From Lama glama (Eukaryota), in the NCBI GenBank assembly GCA_028534125.1, contig CM052817.1:29204001-29268000 (forward strand): 64,000 nt of DNA. Direction: 5' to 3'. Positions 39,311 through 50,262 of the stretch are shown piece by piece. A model generated the notes under the pieces. The model saw nothing but the letters and a program-made list of their open reading frames with translations. It searched no databases and had not been told where the DNA came from. Position numbers and translations under genes: made by a program. The number at the start of each line of letters is the position of its first letter. Within the stretch, counting starts at the first letter, position 1.

Positions 39311-40507
39311 TGTTTCAGATGAATTCTTACTACTTTTTCCAAGGTGGGATAATCATAATAACGTCCTCTTTAAAATAATTTCATGTGCTGCATTAGGTAA
39401 AACTCAAGTTGATATGTTAATTTTTTCTTTATTTCTAGTTCATTGTATTGCACAGTCAGATGCCCTTACTCAGGAACTGCTTTAAGACTCTTACTAGGGC
39501 AGAACACCCTCCTCTCACCACTGTTAATTGGTTTTTGAATCTGATTACTGATACAAATTGGATCAACAATAAAAACACTAAGCAATTTATTTCATTTTCA
39601 CAGTCCATTGCCAAGGAAAAAAAAAAAAGAAAACAGCTGATAAGTTCCCATGAAACCAAGAGGTTGTTCATCCTCCTAAGAAACAAGGCAAAAAAAAAAA
39701 AAAAATCCTAAGCGGACATAACTGACAACTTGTTAAAGAAGCCTTTTCTTCGAGTCAGTTGCTCAGGTCTGGGGGTGTGGGAAGTGTGTGAGCACATTCA
39801 GGCTCTCCCTGCGCTTGCTATTGTATGTGGCTATCTGCTTTTACTTAGGATAAAAGCCAGAGGTGAGCTTCAGGGCCTGGCAACGCCTGGGCTTGAACAA
39901 TCAAATCGAGTTATTTTTAGCTCCAAGGATACACACACAGCTTCAGTGGCTGTGCTGCGATAGTGATAAGGAGGCCCAGTGGCCCAGAGATTCAGGCTTT
40001 TGAGCAGGAATAAAAAGAAAAACCCTATCTCAACAGAGTGTCAGCGAAAGATGTGCTGAACTCTTCATTACCCACAGCGGTGCCAGCGCAGGGGAGCGGA
40101 AGTGGGCTCTGAAGTGCGTTCCGTGGACCAGCGTTCTAGTGGTATGTCGTAGTATTTATCCCCGGAAAAAGAAGGATGCATTTTATAACGGCAAGTGCTT
40201 TTCGCTGAATGAATGAATGATGTGGCTCCATAGTTGAGTTATTAAACCATGCTGAAATTGACACCAAATAGTATATAAGCATTTTCATGTCATAGACCCT
40301 AGCCAGGTGGCTTTGTGTGAGAATTTAATCTCTTTAATTTTTTATTTACTCATGTGTAAAATAGAGTTACTAATATGTCGCTGACAACTATGAGAGTCAG
40401 AAGAGCATGTAAATGTTATGTTGGGAAATCTCTCGACTACAGTTATGGATTTGTTCATTTATTAATCTAGTCAACAAATGGCTGTGAAGTATATAGTATG
40501 TTCCAGG

Positions 40508-40510
<3 letters not shown>

Positions 40511-40541
<31 letters not shown>
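40511..40541. repeat. (AT)n microsatellite
   Basis: Seen directly. Confidence 0.95.
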
Positions 40542-40545
<4 letters not shown>

Positions 40546-41269
40546 GGATAAATGCTGGGAAGGAATGTAGGCTTAGCTATTATGTCAACCCAGAGCGAGG
40601 ATCCTTACCCTAGAGGATGAGTGCAAGGTAACTGAAGAGATTGATAAAGCAAGAGCCGGAAGGTGAGCTCAAGTTATTGGAGCTAAGGGTCTGGGGGTGA
40701 AGAGGGCAGAAGCAGAGCAGCATTTCATGTAGAGAAAAAGAGCACGTGAAATGCCTTAGGTAAAAAAATGTACTAACTAGGAAGTTCCTAGAGCTTTTCT
40801 TTAGTTATTTTTACAGTATGTTCCAACTCATATAATAAAATATATATGTAATATAATTCAGGATATTTGTTCTAAAAGCCTTCATTTTAGAAAAAGAATA
40901 TTAAAACGGGCTACTTCTTACTTGTATTACTTTGTTCTGGTGGCAGATGGAAGGCTTCTAATATTCTTAATTTGTTTTCTGTTTTTACTCAGCAGTTTTA
41001 TATGTACATACGTGCATTTGTTCTGTTTCTTAAAAACAAAAAATAAAATACCCTTTAGCGCCTCCAGCCTATCTTCAGTAATAGCTGTGTCTACAGCAGA
41101 CTTAATTGGTCCCTTTCCCAAATGAAAACTTAAATATAATTTTATAGGCATATTGAGTTAGTAATTCTAGTTGTATTCCTTTAACTACTATGTTACACAG
41201 GCCACTTTGTTTTTAGATACCTAATTAAAATATTTTTTTCTGAGTGTAAAAATAAGAGATATTATAGAA

Positions 41270-41830
41270 CACTGATATGAGGCTAAAAATATAACATATT
41301 AAGTAAAGGTCGCATATACTACCACCCACCCAGAGTTAGACGTTACTAACATTTTAGAGCACACATACATTTACAATCTTTATTTTTGTCCTAAACAAAT
41401 ATGTGTACTTAAGCAAAATGGAGATTGTTTGGAATATGCATGAAAGGATTAACCTCTTTCTAATATCTATAATATTTCTCCTGTTAAATATTTCTTAGAA
41501 CTATTTTAATATCTGAAAAATACTTAACGAAGTTTAGCTAAACACGAAGCTCATTTAAAAATCTACCTAGTGATGAATATGTCATAAATCTCCATGTACA
41601 TGAATGTTTGTTCCTGGAAATTCCTAGAAATTTAATTGCTAGATTAAAAATAATAATCTTGATACGTATTGCCAAATTACCTCCCAGAAATAATACATAA
41701 ATTTATGTTTCTACCAATAATGTTTTTGTGTTTTCACATATTTAACAGTACGTAGTCACTTGTTTTAAAATCCCTCTGCCATTATGTTAGACTTCAAAAT
41801 ATATTCTTAAATTTCAATTTCTTGGATTAA
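41270..41830 (-). mobile_element. Old L1ME-type fragment
   Basis: 'aaattcctagaaatttaattgctagattaaaa...ttgatacgtattgccaaattacctcccagaaa'. Confidence 0.55.
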
Positions 41831-41839
41831 AAGACTAAA

Positions 41840-43515
41840 TTTAATTTTTGACATACAAAAGCTGTGCATAATTACCATAGAAAACTTTGAGCTTGGAAAT
41901 AAGTCTACACTGAAACCATTCACCACAATCTACACCATAAACCTACCCACAACTGCAAAAGTTTCTTCCCACCTTATTATAATTTTTTATGATAAGAACA
42001 GTTAACATAAGATTTACACTCTTAACAATGTATTGCATATTTAATACTTTGCTGATTTGTAAGCACTATAATGTACAGTAAATTTCTAGGACTTCTTCAT
42101 TTTGTATAAACAAACTTTTTGTACTTGTCTAATATCTCCCCATTTACCCCTAACCTCAACCTGTGGAAACCCCCATTCTACTCTGTCTCTATGGATTTCA
42201 CTATTTTGGATTCCTCATATAAGTGGTATTTGTCCTCCTGTGTCGGGCTTATTTTACTTAGCATAATGTCCTCCAGGTTCATCTATGTTGTAACAAATGG
42301 CAGAATTTCCTTTTTATGGCTGAATAATACTCCGTTTTATTTAACCATTTATTCATTGTAAACACTTAGATTATTTCCACATCTTGGCTATTGTGACTAG
42401 TGCTGCAGTGAACATGGGGGTCCTAATATCTTTTTGAGATTCTGACTTCAGTTATTTTGGATAAATACTCAGAAATGGGATGTAGGACTGCCAGATCATA
42501 CAGTGGTTACATTGTGTTTTTTGAGGACTCTACATACTGTTTTCCACAGTGGTTGAACCAGTTTACATTCCCACCAACAGTGACCAGGTATTCTAATATC
42601 TCCACATTATTTCCAACATTTGTTGTTTTTTGTTGGTGGTGGTATTATTTTAATAGCCGCCCTAACAGCTGTAAGGTAATATGATTTTGATTTGCATTTC
42701 CTGATTATTAGTGTTTGGCATTTGTCTGTCATCTTTGGAGAAACATCTATTCAGTTCTTTTGCCCATTTTTGAATTGGATTATTTATTAATTTTTGCTAT
42801 TGAGTTGAGGTGTTCGTTATGTATTTTGGATATTACCCCTTTATCAGATACATGGTCTATAAATATTTTATCCCATTCTATAGGTTCTTTCATTTTGTTG
42901 GTTGTTTCCTGTGTTTTGCAGATGTGTTTTGGTTTGACATGATCTTACTTTTTTTATTTTTGCTTTTGTTTGTCTGTGTTTTGATGTTATATCCTAGAAA
43001 TAATTGCTTATGTCAATATCAAGACACTTTCTCTTTTAGGAAATTTATGATTGGGGATCTTAAGTCTTTAATCCATTTGAGTTCATTTTTGGGTTTGGTG
43101 TAGATATCCACTTTTCCCAACACTGTTTATTAAAGGCATGATTCTTTCCCCATTGTGTATTCTTGGCACCATTGTGAAAAATGAGTTTGCTGAATATGCC
43201 TAGGTTTATTTCTAGGCTGTCTGATCAGTTCCTTTGGTCTATATGTCTTTTTATGCCCATGGTCTACTATGTTGATTACTGAAGCTTTGTAAAATATTAA
43301 GAAATTAGGAAATGTGATGCCTCTATCTTTATTCATTTTCAAGATTTTTACTTTGGCCATGCAGGGTGTTTTGTGATTTCATATGAATTTTAGGATTGTT
43401 CTTTCTCTTTCTGTAAAGAATACCTTTGGGATTTTGATGGGAATAGCATTGAATCTGTAGATCACTTTGGTTAATGTGGCCATTTTACTAATATTAATTC
43501 TTCCAGTCTATGAAT
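41840..43515 (-). mobile_element. L1MA-type element (3' UTR plus ORF2 remnant)
   Basis: 'ttgacatacaaaagctgtgcata...gataagaacagttaacataagattta...ttagcataatgtcctccaggttcatc...gcattgaatctgtagatcactttgg'. ORF 43130..43360 resembles ORF2 (GITFPNF...YKASVI). Confidence 0.9.
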
Positions 43516-43709
43516 GTTTGTTTATGAAGGCTGACTGACTTTCCCCCTGTATTTATTTTTGCTTATATATGTTCTTTTGTGAGTTTTCTTTCCTTTCTGC
43601 TACTGGTAATACTCTTACTGACTTATGAGTCCTGTATAGACAGAAGCTTTTAACATTTTTGTGTGCTATATTTGCAGAAAATAGTATTCTTAGTTATTGA
43701 TTTTTGGTA

Positions 43710-44005
43710 CTACAAATTGGGAAAGGAAGGAATGGTTGATAGATGGGGATAATAAGCTATTTTGGTAAGAGTCCAGGGAGAGGAAGTTGAAGTGGGTGTT
43801 AAACCTTTACTCTGTACGTTCACAGAAGTTCACTTCAGGTGAATCGAAGAGGTAAATGTAAAAGAAAACAAATTCATTAAATTAAGAAATCACAGGATAA
43901 TATCTTTGATTTAGAACTGGTGAAAGCCTTTTTAAGCATAAAGGGATTTAGAGAAATTTATAAGGAAAAAATTAAATTTTGCCACAGTAGCAAAAAAAAA
44001 AAAAA
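43710..44005 (+). mobile_element. Degraded L1 ORF2 fragment, sense orientation
   Basis: 'gaatcgaagaggtaaatgtaaaag...aggataatatctttgatttag...aaagcctttttaagcata'. Confidence 0.5.
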
Positions 44006-44308
44006 AGAGCCTATAGGTATAATATTCTTTTAAAAGATTTCTAATAGGAAATGACTTAAATATAAAGTCATAATAATGGTAGAACCAAACAACATACAAA
44101 TACTATCTCTTTTCTGTAATCAGTACTTTAATCTCATACTCTCAAAATGTAGAACCATTTTTTTTCTTCAATGATTTGTTTATCAACATCAAATAATAAT
44201 ATTTATTAAATAGCAACATGAACTCTTATATTTTTAAAGAAAAATATTTACAGTTGAAATCACCCCCATGGGTGCTTTTTGCTTGTTTTAGTTGATTTTC
44301 TTATGATC

Positions 44309-45473
44309 TTTCTTTCTTTATTTTTTTCAACATTTTTTTATTGAGTAATAGTCATTTTACAATGTTGTGTCAAATTCCAGTGTAGAGCACAATTTTTCAG
44401 TTATACATGAACATACATATATTTTTGTCACATTTTTTTTTTTTGCTGTTAGCTACCACAAGATCTTGTTTATATTTCCCGGTGCTATACAGTATAATCT
44501 TGTTTATCTATTCTACATTTTGAAATCCCAGTCTGTCCCTTCCCACCCCCGGCCCCCTTGGCAACCACGAGTTTGTATTCTATGTCTATGAGTCTGTTTC
44601 TGTTTTGTATTTATGTTCTTTTTTTTTCTTTTTTAGATTCCACATATGAGTGATCTCATATGGTATTTTTCTTTCTCTTTCTGGCTTACTTCACCTAGAA
44701 TGACATTCTCCAGGGACATCCATGTTGCTGCAAATGGTGTTATGTTGTTGGTTTTTATGGTCGAGTAGTATTCCATTGTATAAATATACCATTTCTTTAT
44801 CCAGTCATCTGTTGATGGACGTTTAGGCTGTTTCCATGTCTTGGCTATTGTAAGTAGTGCTGCTATGAATATTGGGGTGCAGGTGCCTTTCTGAAGTAGG
44901 GTTCCTTCTGGATATATGCCCAGGAGTGGGATGACTAGGTCATACAGTAAGTGTATTCCTAGTCTTTTGAGGAATCTCCATACTGTTTTCCACAGTGGCT
45001 GCACCAAACTGCATTCCCACCAGCAGTGTAGGAGGGTTCCCTTTTCTCCACAGCCTCTCCAGCATTTGTCATTTGTGGACTTTGGAATGATGGCCATTCT
45101 AGCTGGTGTGAGGTGATACCTCATTGTAGTTTTGATTTGCATTTCTCTGATAATTAGTGATATTGAGCATTTTTTCATGTGCCTATTGATCATTTGTATG
45201 TCTTCCTTGGAGAATTGCTTGTTTAGGTCTTCTGCCCATTTTTGGATTGGGTTGTTTGTTTTTTTCTTATTAAGTCGTATGAGCTGCTTATATATTCTGA
45301 AGATCAAGCCTTTGTCGGTTTCATTTCCAAAAATATTCTCCCATTTGGTAGGTTGTCATTTTGTTTTATTTATGGTTTCCTTTGCTGTGCAAAAGCTGGT
45401 AAGTTTAATTAGGTCCTAATTGTTTATTATTGATTTTATTTCTATTGCTTGGGTAGACTGTCCTAGGAGAACA
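44309..45473 (-). mobile_element. Young camelid-type L1, 5'-truncated, with 3' UTR, AATAAA and A-rich tail
   Basis: Open ORF2 C-terminus. 3' UTR 'ttttattgagtaatagtcattttacaatgttgtgtcaaattccagtgtagagcac'. Tail at 44309-44327. 5' junction 'ctaggagaaca|agaaccattttt'. Confidence 0.95.
44633..45307 (-). pseudogene. L1 ORF2p C-terminal 224 aa (CCHC zinc-knuckle region); non-autonomous remnant
   Basis: '[19 protein letters not shown]...[19 protein letters not shown]...[10 protein letters not shown]...SLICGI*' is the L1 ORF2 C-terminus. Endonuclease and RT domains are absent. Confidence 0.95.
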
Positions 45474-45769
45474 AGAACCATTTTTATAGTAAGATATAAT
45501 TCAAATATAATTGGAATTTCATATATAAGAATGGCAATCCTTTAGAAGTAAACTTGTGTTTTGGTAGCGGTTTATTAAAGAAAGATACTGCCTTTCTTGT
45601 TGGCCTGGGCTTACTTCCAGAGAGCCCTTCTTCTGTTTGGCTTCTCTGGTGTTGAAGCACAGAGGATAGTGCCTACCGTGGAGCCCACACTAATGTCACC
45701 CGTCTCCTCTGATGACTGATGACCAGAGCCCCAGTGTCTTTCTTAGGCTCAAGGCTGATGTTCCTAGTT

Positions 45770-46090
45770 GCATATTAGAGTACCACCCCTGGCTGTAAAT
45801 TAATATGTCCCAAAGAGAAGTGATCATTCTCCCGCTCTAACTTGCTCCTCCTTTGTTATTTCTCTCTGTTAATGATACAATTGATCACCTAGATTCCTGT
45901 TCTCAGTGTCCTTCTGCACTCCCCCTTGTGGACCATTGCACAGATATAATTACTTCTCAATAATCATTTGTGATTCCATTTTAGGAACCTCCCAATTTTC
46001 TTCTTTTCATTTTTTAATGGTATTTATTGAGTTTGGTCACGTCTCATTGATCATTTCATTCTTCCAAGAACTTGCAAATTTGTCTTTTTA
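45770..46090 (+). mobile_element. L2 fragment
   Basis: 'aatatgtcccaaa...acttgctcctcct...tctctgttaatgatac...cacctag'. Confidence 0.5.
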
Positions 46091-47544
46091 TCTCTTTTCT
46101 TTCCCTTGTTCCAGAAGGGAGTTAGATGCTCAAAAGATATCTATAAAGAAATATTCCTTGTGTATTCTGAAACATTCACAACTATGAAGACAACTTTAAG
46201 AAAATCTGCTCTTTATACATCTCATTCAAACCTCCATATCCCCTCACACATATTTTTTTTTAATCTTGGAAATTGTAAGTGTTTTTCCAAGCAGAAGTGG
46301 TTCTGCCAAGTAAGATGTAAGAGATGTATTAAAGGAATGACTGGGTGCCTGCCAATGATTGTGAAGGGCGAGAGGAGAGGAACATGAGAGGAAAGTTAAT
46401 AGTATTCATCCTTTCCTCTACTTCCTGCTCAACTTTAATCTCTTCCCTCTTCTTTTTGGTCTTACACTTAACTCTTTAGATCAAGGAATGTAATTGTCTA
46501 TACTCGGGACACTGGAAAGGGTTTAGATATAAATAAGCTGAAATTTAGCCAAATGTGGATCAAATACTGAAATGAGCCACTAAAACCAAGAAAATCTTTT
46601 AAATTACTTAAACGTTGTCTTTTTATCTTTAGATTTGCCATAATCAAGTACTTCACAGATACAACTTCCCTTAAATAAGCTGTTTTTCTCCCCAAAGTAA
46701 ATCCACCCACCATGATTTTGCAGTGAAATTATTAGTAGAATAAAGAAGGGAGTATATATTTAAATACAGTTAAATCTTTCAAATAATATTTCTTACTAAT
46801 AAAGGCTTTTGATTTATAAATATATCAAATTCTTTATAAACTAACCAACTTGATCGTTTGTCATATAGATGTAATTAAAATGAAATGGTTAATAATTTTC
46901 ATTTATTACTCTATACTGGAGATTTTTCCTCTAAAATGGGAAGTAATGCTCAGTTTGATACAAACTTCTTTTCTTAATAATAAAATTATTAATTATCTTG
47001 TATGAGTTTCTGTGGAATTTTTTAAGATAGAGTATCTAGACTTTCTTAAGAACAAATGTGTTTGACAAAAAGAGGAAAGTGAAAATTTCCTTCAGAATAA
47101 AACTTAGAATTAATAGGATGTGATAGTATTAAAGAATTTTTGTTAGGCATGTTTCAAAAGTGTATTTCTTTGGGGCAGCCACCCTATGAACATTGAGGAA
47201 CTTAAGGCCAATCTCTCAAAGTATTTTATAGGAAGGAGGGCCCCCTTGCCTCTACCTAATAACTGGCCTTTGATATTGTCTTAAAAGAATGGGGCTAAGC
47301 TGTCTTTTGCTTTTGTTCTTTGAGTCTCATATTCTCATTATGATTGTGACAGGGTTTAATTTCCTCTAAGTCCCATAATAAAACAAAAAAGGAAAGAGAA
47401 GCAAAAAATCATACAGAAGAAAAAACAATCTTTCATTTCCTTCTTAATACATACAGAATTATAGGGATTCATTTAGAAGCCCGATGGGAAATTCAATATA
47501 AGAAGGTATTTAAATAGAAATATATATATATACAATGCTCTGAA

Positions 47545-47660
47545 TAACTACTACTTATTGAGGACCTGCTTTGTGCCCAGCACCATGCTGAGTACTTCAC
47601 AGACAACATCTCTGTTAATCCTACCACAGTTCTTTTCAATGCATTATGAAAGAAAACTGA
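47545..47660 (-). mobile_element. MIR fragment
   Basis: 'ctacttattgaggacctgctttgtgcccagcaccatgctgagtacttcaca...taatcct...gaaaactgag'. Confidence 0.7.
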
Positions 47661-48984
47661 GTATATGGCACCTAATAAAACAAATGAACTATACATTCAA
47701 ATGATTTATTTAACTACACTTAGGGCAGTTATTGAATACCTCTATGCCAAGACTAGAAAAGTAGTCTGCCATGGTCCTCTGGTTCTTGAGAAAAAAATTA
47801 TCGCAAAGAAAAACAAAGTTGTCGGTTGAATTTCAGCATAGGCAAGGAAAAGCAGACCTGGAAAAAACTGAAATGCTTTTTTTCAACTGCCAACCCTGAC
47901 TTTATCCGCCCAGCTCCCAGCTTCACACTGAACTCACCCTGATCTCCTTGTAGTAGAACTCCTGTCCGATAACTCCACCCCCTGCGTTCCCTCTTCACAG
48001 CACCTACATGAAGCTTGTCTGCTCTGAGTCCTATTCTGTTAGAGCACTTTGACCTGCCATTAACTGTGCCAGTGAACAATAGCTTATAAGATATCCCTCT
48101 CAGGTAACAGGTAGCTTTCTCACTGAGTTCCTCTTACCATAGAGTGTCAAAGTATTTCTAGGAACCAAGAAAGGATGGTAAGGGAGCAACTTGAGGGCAG
48201 AGTAAAGTGGGCATTTAGTTTTCCTTAGACTCGCTTGTACATTGTTCACTTGGTTAATTGCCTTTCCTTGATTCAACAAGCATAGCAGCTTTCAAGTGCA
48301 AGGCTGGCTTTAGGTGCTGGGGGTATAATGGTGAATAAGACTGCATTGCCCTTACACAGGCCCCACCGAGGTCTGGTACATAGTTCTGTAAAGTGCTCAG
48401 AGGTGAATAAGATATAGGCTATGCTCAAGAAGTCTGCAGTCCCAGAAGCCATAGCTAAGATAGTTTGAGATGCTTTTTCTTCTTTATTTGTAGAATTGGT
48501 CTTACATGGCATCAACGCTGACCTCTACTTTCTCTTTAACAAAGCACACTGAGGGCTGTTGAACCAGAACACCTAAATGTGCTTTACAAAACTGTCTGCT
48601 CTGATCACTCTGTTAGGAATATAAATCTAAAGTAAGGTTCACAAACTTAGATATGCATAGGGACCCAATAGTTAAAGGAAAAAAAATACAGTGATGTTAA
48701 CTGAATATAAGACAAGATGGGCTGATGCGGACTGTGTTACGTTGAAAAATATGTATATAATTTAATGACATTCAAATACAAAGCTTAGAAACACAGGGCC
48801 AGCCAACCGAAGCACAACCGAGGATCCCAGAATTTGATCTCCACGTCACTACCCTTTTATCTCTGATTGGTAGGACTGACTGTAATATTCAAAAGATGAA
48901 AGACCTTTAACAAATCAGTGATTACTGTTATGTTTATGGTTCCAATGGCTAACTGCAGACTAGCTTAAGATACGTTACATTACT

Positions 48985-49600
48985 CCGTTCAGTAACACGC
49001 CTGCAATGTTCTAGATGCTTGGACATACTTGTGGTAAGCTAGATGAAAATATCTGTCTTTGTGGGGCTTACATTCTAGCAAGGTAAATAGCAGAAATGAT
49101 TTTAAAAAGGACTCTGGCAAGAGAGAAAAATAGGACAGGTAAATGGCAAGTGGAAGATACTTAGAGAGGTTGTACATTTTTGTTGGAGATCAAGAAGAAC
49201 ATGTTGGAAAGTGGATTTGAGCCAGTTGTTCACAGTCATGATGGAGTCGCCATGCAGATGGTCAGATAGTGCACTCCAAGCTGAGGGAAGGGCCACCTGG
49301 GAGGATAACCTGTGATTTTTCTGGGGCCTGCTCAGGTGGTATTTAAGGGGGCCAGTGGCTGGAGTGAAGTGAATGAGGGGTAAAGTGCTAAGGGCCTTAT
49401 AAACCGTCTTAAACTCTTGCTTTTCTCTTAAGTAAAATGAGAATTGGTACATGATTTTTTTTTTCCGGAGGAAATGATGTGGATTATGTTTTATGATGTT
49501 TGTTCCAGCTATGATGTTGAGGATAAACTCTCTATGAACAGAAGTGAACATATGTAGACAGTTTTGGAAGCTATTTTAATAATCCAGGCAAAAGATAATA
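48985..49600 (-). mobile_element. L2 fragment
   Basis: 'ggggcttacattctag...ccagtggctggagtgaagtgaatgagggg...agggcctt...ggaagctattttaataatccaggcaaaagat'. Confidence 0.75.
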
Positions 49601-50143
49601 GCTTATGAAATTCCTCCTTGGTAACATGGAACATCCTCACAGAACTTCTCTGGTGATAAAGCATCAAGGCATTTCTAGGAATTGAAATGGCTCAGTGGTG
49701 GTAGCTAGGATTTATAATTGTTGAAAATTTGGCAGAGCTACTCGGGTGGTAAATGACAGCCAGAGCGAGTTACAACCTGATGACGTGTGATTAACAGCTC
49801 TTGCATTGTTAGGGAAGAGGGAGGAAGGATGTTCCCGAAGCAGGAATGAGGACTAAGAAAAACAATACGTTGTCTTCAGACAGGGGCTGAACAGGGCTGT
49901 GTGTGTAGCGGATGGCAACAGCCACTCCGTAGGACAGTCATGGAGAAGCACAGTCCTCAGGAAAGAGCCAGATTTCGGTTTCAGAAAGAAACTACAGGGC
50001 ATTTTAAGAGAGGAGGCTGAGAATGAATATAGAAGATTTTGGCTGCTGGTGAATCATATCTCAGAGGATGCAGTGGAAGTTTTTAGGAATTGATTAGGGA
50101 TAGGAGAAAGATACAGAAGGGACAGGATGAATATATAATTTAT

Positions 50144-50262
50144 CTTTCAAATAGGGCATTTCTTAAAGCAGTGGGGCACCACTGCTATGTATTCCAGGAT
50201 GACGGGCATACATAGTAAATATTTCAGGCCCACCTGGACTCGTGGTAAAAGTGGCAGCCCTC
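50144..50262 (+). mobile_element. MER94-like hAT-Blackjack MITE (a second degraded copy near 50615-50748)
   Basis: 'aggatgaatatataatttatctttcaaatagggcattt...gggcacc...ggcagccct' resembles MER94. Confidence 0.5.

Noticed and set aside
44633..45307. Longest ORF (224 aa) as a host or novel gene
   Set aside because: It is the C-terminus of L1 ORF2p within a 5'-truncated L1, with no promoter or RT.
48630..48865. Possible hAT-Charlie MITE
   Set aside because: Only weak terminal resemblance, so no family could be assigned with confidence.
49102..49551. 149-aa minus-strand ORF
   Set aside because: It lies within a degraded L2 fragment and has no recognisable protein similarity.
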